DNA from: Pseudomonadota bacterium
GTDB taxonomy: Bacteria > Bdellovibrionota > FAC87 > UBA2466
Reading direction: 5' to 3'
Length of the DNA stretch: 19,017 nt
NCBI GenBank assembly: GCA_043718025.1
Contig: JAYSWN010000197.1
Span: forward strand, 1-19,017
The translations under genes were made by a program, and so were the position numbers. Position 1 is the first letter of the stretch; the number at the start of each line of letters is the position of its first letter. Below are positions 1 to 8,877 of this stretch, piece after piece. A model generated the notes under the pieces. The model was not told the DNA's origin. It saw only the letters and a program-made list of their open reading frames with translations, and did no database searches.

Positions 1-1220
1 ACTCGTTTGTCGACGAAGTTTAGTACCTGTTCGGCAATGATATCTTTTTTCTCTTGGTAATCAGCCGGGCGGGCATCGCCAGGGCGCGCATCGGATTGAG
101 TAAACCACCGCATTGGGCCGGGCGAATGCAGGGTTAACGGGTACTTCAAAGTGTTAGGCGGGGCGGCCCGATCAGAGCGGCACGCAAAAACCACACTAGG
201 CTCGTCGCTAAAATCTTTAAATTTCATTAGGTCTGACGAATTTTCGGTGGCGAAGTAGTAATAATTTTTTAGCGGCGCGAAGTTTGGTGGCGCGGTGACC
301 TCACTATAGATTCCAAAAATTGATTGGGATTCCGGTAGATTTGCCAACCGCTGCTTCAGCGCCGGGGCCAAGCAGTTGGCATCCAACATGCGAAAAGTTG
401 CTTTAGGGTGGGTGCCCGAAATCACGTGGTTGGCAGAAAGCCGTTCGCCGTTTGCCAATTCAACTTCGGTAACGCGGTTGTTGTGGGTGTGCAGCCGGGT
501 CACCGCTACGCCGAGGCGCAGCACTCCTCCCGCTTTCTGAATCACGTCGACAAATTTTTGCGCTAGCGCATCCCCGCTACGGCGGATTCCGTAGGCCGAT
601 TGAATGATCGAATCAATAATTAAAGCGTGGTGGCCAAACGAGACGTCATGGGGCTCCACGCCGTGTAGGTAGCAGTGGCCGTAAAGCACCGCCCGCACTT
701 TTTCGTCTTTTACCAAGGGCCTCACTTTTTCGGCGAGAGAGATCTCTAACGAAGCGATTACCTGGCTTAAGTTTGCCTCGCGGGAATCGGTTTGCGACTG
801 AAAACTGTCGACGGTACTGGCGACCTGTTGAAAATAAGCGGCAATGTTTTTGGCTTCGTGCGGAAAGAGATCGCTAAGTGAAGAGATTACCGCGCGGTAC
901 CCTTTGGGAAAGGAGTACTCGAAAGTGGGAAATTGAAAAACGTCGAATCCAGTCGGATCCAGCGCGATGAATAGGTCCGGATCGTAAACCCCGAGATAGG
1001 ACAGCATGGTGTGAAACGGCTGACCCGGTTCCAATCCACCTAAATAGTGTGCGCCGGTTTCGTAAGTGTGGCCAAATCGCTTAAAGCTATGGAGGTAGCC
1101 GCCCGGCTTTTTGTACTGTTCTAAGACGCAGACCGAGAGGCCTCGTTTGGAGAGAATGGCCGCACTGGTCAGTGAGGAGACTCCCGAACCAATAAGAATG
1201 ACATCAAACGCGGTGGTCAT
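1..1220 (-). CDS. Phytoene desaturase (CrtI)-family FAD/NAD(P)-dependent oxidoreductase, 3' end outside the window
   Basis: Not in the ORF track. Manual translation from ATG 1220 gives MTTAFDVILIGSGVSSLTSAAILSKRGLSVCVLEQYKKPGGYLHSFKRFGHTYETGAHYLGG: Rossmann GxGxx(S), LE...PGG and ETGAHY motifs of CrtI/retinol saturase-like proteins. The same frame reads ...RPADYQEKKDIIAEQVLNFVDKR at the window edge. The start overlaps the fabG stop (ATGA, 1220-1217). Confidence 0.9.
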   Translation of the reverse strand, partial: MTTAFDVILIGSGVSSLTSAAILSKRGLSVCVLEQYKKPGGYLHSFKRFGHTYETGAHYLGGLEPGQPFHTMLSYLGVYDPDLFIALDPTGFDVFQFPTFEYSFPKGYRAVISSLSDLFPHEAKNIAAYFQQVASTVDSFQSQTDSREANLSQVIASLEISLAEKVRPLVKDEKVRAVLYGHCYLHGVEPHDVSFGHHALIIDSIIQSAYGIRRSGDALAQKFVDVIQKAGGVLRLGVAVTRLHTHNNRVTEVELANGERLSANHVISGTHPKATFRMLDANCLAPALKQRLANLPESQSIFGIYSEVTAPPNFAPLKNYYYFATENSSDLMKFKDFSDEPSVVFACRSDRAAPPNTLKYPLTLHSPGPMRWFTQSDARPGDARPADYQEKKDIIAEQVLNFVDKR

Positions 1221-1966
1221 GACGGGAAGAGGCCGCCGTTTATGCTTAACGTGTGCCCGGTTACGTAGGAGGCTTCGTTGGACAGGAGAAAAGCGACCAC
1301 CGAGGCCACCTCTTCAGGACGGCCAAGCCGACGCAGTGGAATTCGCTCTTTAAAAACCTCGAGATTGGGAACCCCGCTGAGCATTTCCGTTTCAATAAGC
1401 CCCGGCGCCACGGCATTCACACGAATGCCGCGAGGCCCCACCTCGATGGCCAACGTTTTTGTCATCGCAATCAACGCCGCCTTACTGGCGGAGTAATTGA
1501 TCTGACCCGCGTTACCGGTCTGTCCCGATAACGAGGAGACATTGACGATAGCCCCCGAGCGCTGTCGCAACATTTTTCGGACGCAGTAACGCATGAGATA
1601 AAAGGGGCCGTAGGTGTTGGTCTTCAACACCTCGTCAAACGCTTCGTCGGAGAGCAATCCCGCCAGGTTATCCACGTGCACGCCGGCGTTATTTACCAAG
1701 GCGCCCAAGGTGCTTTCGGAATTGGCCCCGAACCAGTCGTTTAGGTGCGATTCGATGGCCTTGCCATCTTTGACATCAAAACCAATGGCTTCGGCGGCCC
1801 CGCCAGCGCTAGCCACGAGCCGCACGGTCTCTTCCGCGCCCGCTCGATTTTTGTGAAAATGGGCCAGAACGAAGTTGTTTTCCCGCCCTAAACGCAGGGC
1901 AATTGCCCGCCCAATTCCCGAGGAGGCGCCGGTAACCAAAGCAACTGTCTTTTTATTTGTCGTCAT
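1217..1966 (-). CDS. fabG: 3-oxoacyl-ACP reductase (SDR)
   Basis: TGASSGIG, NNAG, catalytic YSASK, GNAGQINY, NAVAPGLIET and terminal INGG motifs. Cluster-associated FabG paralog (ApeQ-like role inferred). Confidence 0.93.
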   Translation of the reverse strand: MTTNKKTVALVTGASSGIGRAIALRLGRENNFVLAHFHKNRAGAEETVRLVASAGGAAEAIGFDVKDGKAIESHLNDWFGANSESTLGALVNNAGVHVDNLAGLLSDEAFDEVLKTNTYGPFYLMRYCVRKMLRQRSGAIVNVSSLSGQTGNAGQINYSASKAALIAMTKTLAIEVGPRGIRVNAVAPGLIETEMLSGVPNLEVFKERIPLRRLGRPEEVASVVAFLLSNEASYVTGHTLSINGGLFPS

Positions 1967-1986
1967 TCAGGATACGAATAACAATT

Positions 1987-2796
1987 GTGCAAAATGAAGT
2001 AAAGAATCAGCGGCTCGCTTCGCGTGTTGCGTCAGGCTATTGGGCAATTCAACGGCCGTCGTTGGGCTGGTTGCTCTTTTTCTTCGTTTCCATTGGTGTC
2101 GTGGGTTTTGTTTTTTCCTACTTATTAGCGTTGCCCCTTTGTCTTGCCGGCCGAATTTGGCCACGCCTTTGGAAGTTGGGCGGACGAATTCAGGCTAAAG
2201 GGGTGGCCGTGCTTATGGATGTGCAGCCTTGGTTTCACGCCGAAGTAGAAATCGACGTTCCTACTACCGCTATAGGGCAGCGCGGATTCATCACCATGTC
2301 TAACCACCGATCGCACCTCGATATGTTTATTTTACTTTCCCGGATCCCCAATATCCGCGCGATTACAAAAAAAGAGCTCTTTTTCGTGCCGTTTTTAAAC
2401 GTCATGATCGTGGCCTTAAAAATGATTCCGGTTCGCCGTAACGACATCGGATCTTTTTTGGCTTCGATGGAGACCGCCCGCGTTGCGCTTGAACAGGGAG
2501 ACGTCGTGCATGTTTTTCCCGAAATGAGTCGCTGTCCGTCGGGCATGCGCGGCACGGCCGATTTTAACTTGCTTCCCTTTCGCATGGCCCAGCAAGCGCA
2601 AGTGCCGATCTATCCCATTGTGTTTATCGGTACCGACGGAGCCTGGCCGAAAGAAAAGTTAGCCATTTGTTTTGGGTCACCGATCAAAGTGCGTACGCTG
2701 GCTCCGGTAAACCCGGCCGACTTTGAAAATGCGGATGCGCTCAGGCTCGAAGTAAAAAAACGCATCGATGAAGCACTCACTTCTCATGGAACTTAA
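1987..2796 (+). CDS. PlsC-type lysophospholipid acyltransferase
   Basis: NHRSHLD (HX4D), FPE and VPIYPI motifs plus an N-terminal hydrophobic helix. Start placed at in-frame GTG 1987 because the track start (TTG 1957) overlaps the divergent fabG. The true start could be further downstream. Confidence 0.88.
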   Translation: MQNEVKNQRLASRVASGYWAIQRPSLGWLLFFFVSIGVVGFVFSYLLALPLCLAGRIWPRLWKLGGRIQAKGVAVLMDVQPWFHAEVEIDVPTTAIGQRGFITMSNHRSHLDMFILLSRIPNIRAITKKELFFVPFLNVMIVALKMIPVRRNDIGSFLASMETARVALEQGDVVHVFPEMSRCPSGMRGTADFNLLPFRMAQQAQVPIYPIVFIGTDGAWPKEKLAICFGSPIKVRTLAPVNPADFENADALRLEVKKRIDEALTSHGT

Positions 2797-4741
2797 TTTT
2801 CTCGTTGTAATCCCGGTGTTCGACAACGCCGGCTCAATTGCCGCCGTGGTAAGCGGGGCACTACAAGCTAATCATTACCCCATTTTAGTAGTGGACGACG
2901 GTTCACAAATACCGGTTGCGACGATGATGGAGGCCAACCCACGTGTTTTCCATCTGCGCGAAGAGTCCAACCAAGGAAAAGGGCACGCGCTAAAAAAGGC
3001 ATTTGTCTGGGCGGTTGAGCATCGCTTCACTCACGTGGTGGCGTTAGATGGCGATGGGCAGCACCGTCCGGTGGACATTCAACTGCTTACGGCGGCGGCA
3101 GAGATTGAGCCGTGGGCGCTCATTATTGGCCGTCGCAATCTGACCCAAAGTACCGTTCCGGGCATTACGAAGTTTGGGCGAGCCTTTTCTAACTTTTGGG
3201 TGAAGGTGGAAACCAGGACGCCCGTGGCCGATTCACAGAGCGGCTTTCGGCTGTATCCTCTTTTTCATGTGCAGTGTCTGCCCCTGCGGTGCCGTCGGTA
3301 CGATTTTGAAATCGAAATTTTGATTCGGTTGATGTGGAAAGGGGTCGCGATTCGCGAAGTGCCAATCGAGGTGATCTACCCTCCCCCCGGTGAGCGGATA
3401 AGCCATTTCAATAAGTTTTCTGACAATGCGCGGATCTCGCTTCTCAACGCGATCTTAGTTACGGTGAGTTTGCTTCGTCTCCCCCAGGGAAGCCAACAGC
3501 TCGCGCTGGCGGTTGGCGTGGGTGTTTTTATTGGCTGCCTGCCATTCTACGGAATTCATGCACTTTTAGCGGTTCCCGCCGCGCTTTTTTTAAGGCTGAA
3601 CTACTTAGTCGTTTTTTTAGGGACGCAAATTTCACTTCCTTACGTGGCCCCGTTTTTGGCGTTAGCTTCGATCCGTATCGGCTCTCCGTTTTCACAATCG
3701 ATTTTCTCAAGTTGGTTAATCGGTTCTGTGATCTTGGGCGGTGCCTTAGGCTGCGGCTTGGGGTCGCTAACTTTTTTTATGCACCGTCGTTTTGCGAAAA
3801 AACAGAAACTGTGGACCGGGAAAAGCCGCGGTGGGTATTTTGGAAATTGGATTATCCGCACGGTGACGCAGAAACTGGGCTTGCGCGCGGGGTATTTTTG
3901 CCTCTGTTTCGTGGTTCCGTATTTCGTGGTCTTTGCGCCCAAAGCCCGACGGGCTTCATTACAGTACTGGCGGGTGATAAAACCAGAAGTTGGCCCAACG
4001 GGCCGTCTCTTTTTGGTGTTTCGGCATTTCTATCGATTTGGACAGGTGCTTTTGGATCGCCTCTATCAAAGTTACCGACAAGAGCCAATTTTTTTGGCGG
4101 ACGGAAACGGCACCGAACATATTTCGCAGCCGATGAAAGAAAAGAGAGCCGTGCTTATTGCTGGGGCGCACGCGGGTGGTTGGGACATTGCGGCCCGCTA
4201 TCTGGAATGGCATGGAGCGGAAGGACAATTTCATCCGGTGCAGATGCAGGCTCAAGGGGTGACTTTCGAAAAAAACTTAAATGCCGGTGAAGCGGCAAAG
4301 GTAGAGAAGCTCATCGTCAATCAGAGCGCGATGCCGATATTAGAAATTTATTCGAAGCTGTCGCAAGGAAAGCCCGTGGGATTGATGGCGGACCGCCCCC
4401 TTACCCGGCATTTAGAACTGGTTTCGTTTATGGGCAAGCTGGCGCCGTTTGATACCACGCCTTTCCGCATTGCGAGTGCCACTAAAACTCCGTTGGTGAT
4501 GAGTCTTGCTTTCAAAGCCGATGGTCGGAACTATGATTTCTATGCTTTACCGGCCAAAACCTACGAATACGATTCTACCCGCCCACGTGGCGAGCAGCTG
4601 CGCGACTGGGCCCAAGAGTTCGGTAGTTTTTTGGAAGGGCACCTGCGGCAGCACCCCACGCAATGGTTTAACTTTTTTGAATTCTGGAGCGCCGTTCCCG
4701 AATCAGGAACTTCGCCCGCCACGCCGCAAAGCACAAATTGA
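2786..4741 (+). CDS. Fusion protein: GT2 glycosyltransferase + DUF2062-like membrane domain + LpxL/LpxP-like acyltransferase
   Basis: GT2 (~2786-3470): VVIPVFD, VVDDGS, NQGKG, LDGDGQH, DSQSGFRLYP, FEIEIL, SHF. Hydrophobic middle (~3480-3800): LALAVGVGVFIGCLPFYG...GTQIS. Acyltransferase (~3812-4690): WTGKSRG, AHAGGWD, MADR, HPTQWFNFFEFW. ATG 2786 preferred over 2768 because it gives a smaller overlap with the upstream gene. Confidence 0.88.
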   Translation: MELNFLVVIPVFDNAGSIAAVVSGALQANHYPILVVDDGSQIPVATMMEANPRVFHLREESNQGKGHALKKAFVWAVEHRFTHVVALDGDGQHRPVDIQLLTAAAEIEPWALIIGRRNLTQSTVPGITKFGRAFSNFWVKVETRTPVADSQSGFRLYPLFHVQCLPLRCRRYDFEIEILIRLMWKGVAIREVPIEVIYPPPGERISHFNKFSDNARISLLNAILVTVSLLRLPQGSQQLALAVGVGVFIGCLPFYGIHALLAVPAALFLRLNYLVVFLGTQISLPYVAPFLALASIRIGSPFSQSIFSSWLIGSVILGGALGCGLGSLTFFMHRRFAKKQKLWTGKSRGGYFGNWIIRTVTQKLGLRAGYFCLCFVVPYFVVFAPKARRASLQYWRVIKPEVGPTGRLFLVFRHFYRFGQVLLDRLYQSYRQEPIFLADGNGTEHISQPMKEKRAVLIAGAHAGGWDIAARYLEWHGAEGQFHPVQMQAQGVTFEKNLNAGEAAKVEKLIVNQSAMPILEIYSKLSQGKPVGLMADRPLTRHLELVSFMGKLAPFDTTPFRIASATKTPLVMSLAFKADGRNYDFYALPAKTYEYDSTRPRGEQLRDWAQEFGSFLEGHLRQHPTQWFNFFEFWSAVPESGTSPATPQSTN

Positions 4742-4868
4742 CGACTAGTAATCCGTAGATGGCAATGGCGCTGAGTTGGGTGGGGATTTGGCCGAAACCC
4801 CAGCGCCGCACGATCACCTCGCCCGACCATAGCAAAATAAAGAAAATAGCGGCCCACTCAAATCTCAT
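4668..4868 (-). CDS. Putative small two-helix membrane protein (66 aa)
   Basis: ATG overlaps the end of the upstream lipoprotein gene by 11 nt and is preceded by GGTGGA. Two hydrophobic segments (WAAIFFILLW; LSAIAIYGLLVVNLCFAAW) and a basic tail. It fills the otherwise empty 4742-4857 gap. Confidence 0.5.
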   Translation of the reverse strand: MRFEWAAIFFILLWSGEVIVRRWGFGQIPTQLSAIAIYGLLVVNLCFAAWRAKFLIRERRSRIQKS

Positions 4869-5340
4869 AATCCACCACTTTTACGTGAACTCGGTATTTG
4901 GGGTGTAACATCGAAATCTCATCGGGTATGCCTTGCGAGTCGTAGTGATCGACGGTCACCCCCTCCAATTGTTTCCCCTCGCGCGGTAACTTAAGGAAAC
5001 GGCTTAACAGGGAGTAGAAGTCCAACAATGAGTCTTTGTGCCGTTCAAGCGCATCAATAAACACTTCCGACTCAACCCGTCCGGTGGCGCGGTTTTCGCT
5101 GATGCGAAATACCGTGGTCTGAAAGGCCGACAAACCAACGACTACGATCTTATCTTCCGAAATTTTTACAATCCCTTTAAAGGAGTAAGTGTGCTGTTGG
5201 TTAGTCGTGATGGCTATTTCGTGAGTGTATTTTCCCAGCGGAAACAACACCGCTCGATTGGCGCCGGGAGATATGGTTTTGGCAACGCAGCCGATGATTA
5301 AGAACAATCCTAGGCCGAAAAAGTAACACGACGGTTTCAT
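4858..5340 (-). CDS. Lipoprotein, DUF3261 (ApeN)-like
   Basis: Lipoprotein signal MKPSCYFFGLGLFLIIG-C. VVVGLSAFQTTVFRI resembles the DUF3261 core as I recall it. ATGA-coupled to the C45 gene in the LolA-MMPL operon. Confidence 0.62.
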   Translation of the reverse strand: MKPSCYFFGLGLFLIIGCVAKTISPGANRAVLFPLGKYTHEIAITTNQQHTYSFKGIVKISEDKIVVVGLSAFQTTVFRISENRATGRVESEVFIDALERHKDSLLDFYSLLSRFLKLPREGKQLEGVTVDHYDSQGIPDEISMLHPKYRVHVKVVDYEI

Positions 5341-6698
5341 GGCTGTTTCTTTCGGCGGGAGAATTTAACGGCTTCGTATTCAAGTTGCGATAGATGGCTA
5401 TCGGCCGGTAGTGAAGCCACGCGAACCGGTCGCCGCAATTGAAAAGAAGCGGCAAGATCAAAACCCAAAAAAGCCCCCACCAGCGAGGGCCCTTGGCTGA
5501 CGTAAAGGCGACTCTGGGCACTTTGATAAATTACGGCGTGGGTGGCGATAAGCGCATCGATGGCGGAGCGGTTTCCCAAGGCGAGGGTTTTCCCCCCCAC
5601 TCCCTTCTTGTCCCTTAAGAACGAGGCCAGCTGTAGCTCAGTCGGAACTTCCTTTTTCCATTCGGCCAGCAGTTCCTTGCCGCGGTTAAAACGAGCGCTA
5701 GAGGTCAAGGAGTCGCGCCGGAAGCGGTTGATTCGATCGTCCTTCCACAGAGGGTCTTCAAGGTGGTTGGTGACTACCGACGGCAGCGTCAACTTTTCAA
5801 CTCTCACCCGAGTGGGCGACTTCTCAACGCGGTACGCTTCTGATCTATCCGCCACCACAAAGATGTCGGTGATGAACATCGTGGAGCGCTCGATTCTTTG
5901 CACCGCTTCGCGGGCGGTTGTTGAGTACTGCAGCGTCGATAAGGCCACCAACGTCGAAGGGGTACCAAAGCGCCGGAAGTCGGTTGAACCGGCCGCGTTT
6001 AGGGATAAGTACACTCCAGATTGATTTACGCCGGTGACAATTCCCACCATTCCCGCCCAAGTGACCGCGACGAAGGGGAGGCCCACCTCCGGAAATACCC
6101 ACTTTAAAATTTTTTCTTCATCGAAGACCCGGCCGCCTTCGAAGTCAAAATTACGGGCGACGGTCCAGCCCGAGACGGAGGGGATCAGAAAAACGGTGCA
6201 GCCGGCAGCCTCGGAAGCAAAGTCGGTAAAGAATTGCCCAACCTCGTGCAGCCCGTGGTAGCCGATCTGTCGACTGAACTTATCGGCGTATCGATCAAAT
6301 TCACTCGATGCAGAAAACGAAACGCCGTACATCTCCTGCTTGTGCTCTTCCTCAATTTGTTTATCAATTCCCCAAAACCAGCGCATTACGCCAAGCAAGA
6401 AGCCGTGGCGGATGAGGGCATTAGGCATAATCGATTCGAATAATGAAAATAGCTGACTCTCTTCGGTGTACAACAGCTCCTTTGTTTTTTGTCCGGCGAA
6501 GTGTCCGCGTGAAAAAGGATTTCCCTCGAGCACCAGGTGATTGAGACCGTGAGATGACTTGGTAAGCCACTGATCGCTGGGCGCGGTGGTGGCAATGACC
6601 AACGCCGGCGGTAGAACCACGGCGAGGTGCACCACCGATAGCGACCACGCACTGAATAGAAAAATGAGCCAGACAGCAATAAGACAAAATTTCTTCAT
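5337..6698 (-). CDS. C45-family Ntn hydrolase/acyltransferase (isopenicillin-N acyltransferase-like), membrane anchored
   Basis: HGLHEVG...GC(167)TVF (nucleophile Cys codon 6200-6198), ARNFDF, GVNQSG, TNH and LGNRSAIDALIATH motifs, with an N-terminal signal anchor. Start moved to ATG 6698, which forms an ATGA overlap with the MMPL stop. Confidence 0.85.
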   Translation of the reverse strand: MKKFCLIAVWLIFLFSAWSLSVVHLAVVLPPALVIATTAPSDQWLTKSSHGLNHLVLEGNPFSRGHFAGQKTKELLYTEESQLFSLFESIMPNALIRHGFLLGVMRWFWGIDKQIEEEHKQEMYGVSFSASSEFDRYADKFSRQIGYHGLHEVGQFFTDFASEAAGCTVFLIPSVSGWTVARNFDFEGGRVFDEEKILKWVFPEVGLPFVAVTWAGMVGIVTGVNQSGVYLSLNAAGSTDFRRFGTPSTLVALSTLQYSTTAREAVQRIERSTMFITDIFVVADRSEAYRVEKSPTRVRVEKLTLPSVVTNHLEDPLWKDDRINRFRRDSLTSSARFNRGKELLAEWKKEVPTELQLASFLRDKKGVGGKTLALGNRSAIDALIATHAVIYQSAQSRLYVSQGPSLVGAFLGFDLAASFQLRRPVRVASLPADSHLSQLEYEAVKFSRRKKQP

Positions 6699-8875
6699 AT
6701 CGGTTTGCGTACTAGTATTGGGACTAACCAAAACGCCCCTAATGTAGCGCCCAGACTTCCTAAAGTTAACACTTGCCCCAGATGAGCCAAAACCTGGTGC
6801 CCACAAAAGATAAGCGGCAGGTAGCCGGCAATCGTCGTGAGCGCGGCAAATAGTAAAGACGACGTTAGCTCGCCATCGCGGACCGACTGCGGATCGTTCG
6901 ACTTTTCAATGGCGTGGTCGACGGCAAAAATACCGTAATCCACTCCAAGGCCTAAAAGGATGGTCACCCCGACGAGACTCACAAAGCTAAACGGCATCCC
7001 CATTAGCGTAAACCAAGAGACGAGGCCGATGCCTACGGCAAAAGGAGACAGAGCGGCTAAGGCCGGTCCCCAGCGCCGATAATGAACCCAGAGCATGATA
7101 AAAATAATGAGGAAACTCAGCGGAAACATCCAAAGCAACTCGCGCGAAAGCACCTGCGGAAATTGATTTACCAGTTCAACGAGTGAAGTGGCTTGGGGGT
7201 AGGCGGTCTTAATTTTCTCACGATCGTCCTCATTTTTCGGAAACCAGAGTGCGATCCATTTTCCGTTTGCGGTGAGGTGAGACAGGTAAACCGGCGGCTC
7301 ACCGGTTAAATCGCGCGACACTAGTCGCTGACACCCGTGTGACTCTAAAAATGGCGAGAAGAACCGATTCTCTTGTACAGAAAGGGTGAAGGCGGGCAGG
7401 GGGCAAAAGGCTAAACGCCAGCTCTCTAAATTTGCCTCCTGCACGGGGGGAAGCGGCAGGTAGAAAGCGGCACTTTCTAGGGCAATGGCTTCTTTTTGGG
7501 CCCAGTCCGCACGCTGGTGCGCGGCGATAAGCGCGGTTTCCCCGGGCAGCACCTCGAACAGAGGTTTACCAAATTTAAAGTGGGGCCCCAGCCACCGATA
7601 ATTTTGCTGGGTGGACGGGGATTGATAGTTGAATTGACCGATGTCGAAAGAGGGCCTCACCCAAAAAAAGGCCGGTAAAATTCCGACCGCTAAGACAATG
7701 GCCAATTGCGAAGTGAAACGAGATCGCAATGGCGTAAGGGCCAGCGGGTGAAGCGTGAGCTTGGGTGAGTAGTTGCGGTGAAGGAAATAGACAGAAAAAA
7801 ACGAGACGATTAGCCCCACCATAGAAAAAAAGGCGAGCTGCCGAAGCAACGGTATTTGTGAAAAAAAGATGACGAACCACGCCCCTAGAGTAGTGGCCAG
7901 CCCCACTAGGTTACTGCGCCAAACTTTCTCCTTAGTCGAATTGAATGCGGCGTGAATGGAGTAATCTAGGGTGAGCCCCACGATGCCGCCTCCAAAGGAG
8001 AGTACGATGCCGTGGATGGAACCAAATAGCGCAATTGTGCACAACGAGGCGGCGCCCATTCCCACGAAAACCATCGGAATCGCCCAAAGCAAACGGAACC
8101 ACCTTAGCCACAGCAGCATCACCACGAAGAGCCCCATCAAAAGGGTTCCAATCCACGAGACTGTTTCCAGATCGCGATGAATCTGCTGGCGGTTCTCGTA
8201 ACCCGAGCCGTGGGGGCCGAGCAGAGTCCAGCCACCGCCACCAAGGCCGGCCTCGATGGCCTGATGCAACGCAACCGTTGGCGACGAGTCTTGCGGAGAA
8301 AAAGTCGGTCGCAAGGGCAGTACCCAGCGGCTTGTTTTTAGGTCAAAGAAAATTTCCCCGTCTTTTTCGAGGTCGAGGGGAATTCGGGTCAACGCGTGCT
8401 TTTGTAATTGGGTATAACTCTCTAACGGGTCGGCTCGAAGCAGGGCCATCAGCTCCTTAGGAATCGGCAGCGAGGCTTTGGTAAGGGCCGATTCTAAATG
8501 CCGTCGTAAAAACTCGCCGCTGGGCGCGGGTTCTCTTAATGCGGTGTCGGCCGCCCACGCTTTGGCGATGGCAAGGTAATGAGTTAAGTCGTGCCCGCAC
8601 TCTATTCTGTCGACCAGTTCAGAGGTAGGCAGGGTCGCGCATAGCGCTTGAATCAAAGGTAGCCGTTCTTTGGCTTGGTTATCCTGAACGATAAGGAAAT
8701 TCCACCAAGTCGTTGTGAAAGACTTAAGCGTTGAAATTTCATTTCCCAGCTTCTTCGAAAAGAAGATTGTTTCGCTTTCGTTGAGCCACTTTTCATTAGG
8801 CACGGAGCCCGCACTAAAGCTGGAAAGGACATGACTAACGAAAAGGAGAATCAGTGGGATCGCTTTCAGATTCAT
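6695..8875 (-). CDS. MMPL/RND-family lipid exporter (ApeM-like)
   Basis: Two TM bundles each with a GxxxDY motif (GLTLDYSIH, GLGVDYGIF), LATT/ALTT motifs and two large soluble loops. Confidence 0.9.
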   Translation of the reverse strand: MNLKAIPLILLFVSHVLSSFSAGSVPNEKWLNESETIFFSKKLGNEISTLKSFTTTWWNFLIVQDNQAKERLPLIQALCATLPTSELVDRIECGHDLTHYLAIAKAWAADTALREPAPSGEFLRRHLESALTKASLPIPKELMALLRADPLESYTQLQKHALTRIPLDLEKDGEIFFDLKTSRWVLPLRPTFSPQDSSPTVALHQAIEAGLGGGGWTLLGPHGSGYENRQQIHRDLETVSWIGTLLMGLFVVMLLWLRWFRLLWAIPMVFVGMGAASLCTIALFGSIHGIVLSFGGGIVGLTLDYSIHAAFNSTKEKVWRSNLVGLATTLGAWFVIFFSQIPLLRQLAFFSMVGLIVSFFSVYFLHRNYSPKLTLHPLALTPLRSRFTSQLAIVLAVGILPAFFWVRPSFDIGQFNYQSPSTQQNYRWLGPHFKFGKPLFEVLPGETALIAAHQRADWAQKEAIALESAAFYLPLPPVQEANLESWRLAFCPLPAFTLSVQENRFFSPFLESHGCQRLVSRDLTGEPPVYLSHLTANGKWIALWFPKNEDDREKIKTAYPQATSLVELVNQFPQVLSRELLWMFPLSFLIIFIMLWVHYRRWGPALAALSPFAVGIGLVSWFTLMGMPFSFVSLVGVTILLGLGVDYGIFAVDHAIEKSNDPQSVRDGELTSSLLFAALTTIAGYLPLIFCGHQVLAHLGQVLTLGSLGATLGAFWLVPILVRKPI

Positions 8876-8877
8876 TT

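Noticed and set aside
1..1220. Carotenoid biosynthesis (crtI) assignment
   Set aside because: No crtB/crtE/crtY in the window and the context is ACP-dependent, so only a family-level call is given.
3712..4290. 192-aa alternative-frame ORF inside the fusion gene, suggesting a frameshift
   Set aside because: The main frame is continuous and holds all acyltransferase motifs. The alternative frame has none.
6699..6806. ORF-track N-terminal extension of the C45 gene
   Set aside because: It lies inside the MMPL coding sequence. ATG 6698 gives a signal anchor and an ATGA coupling.
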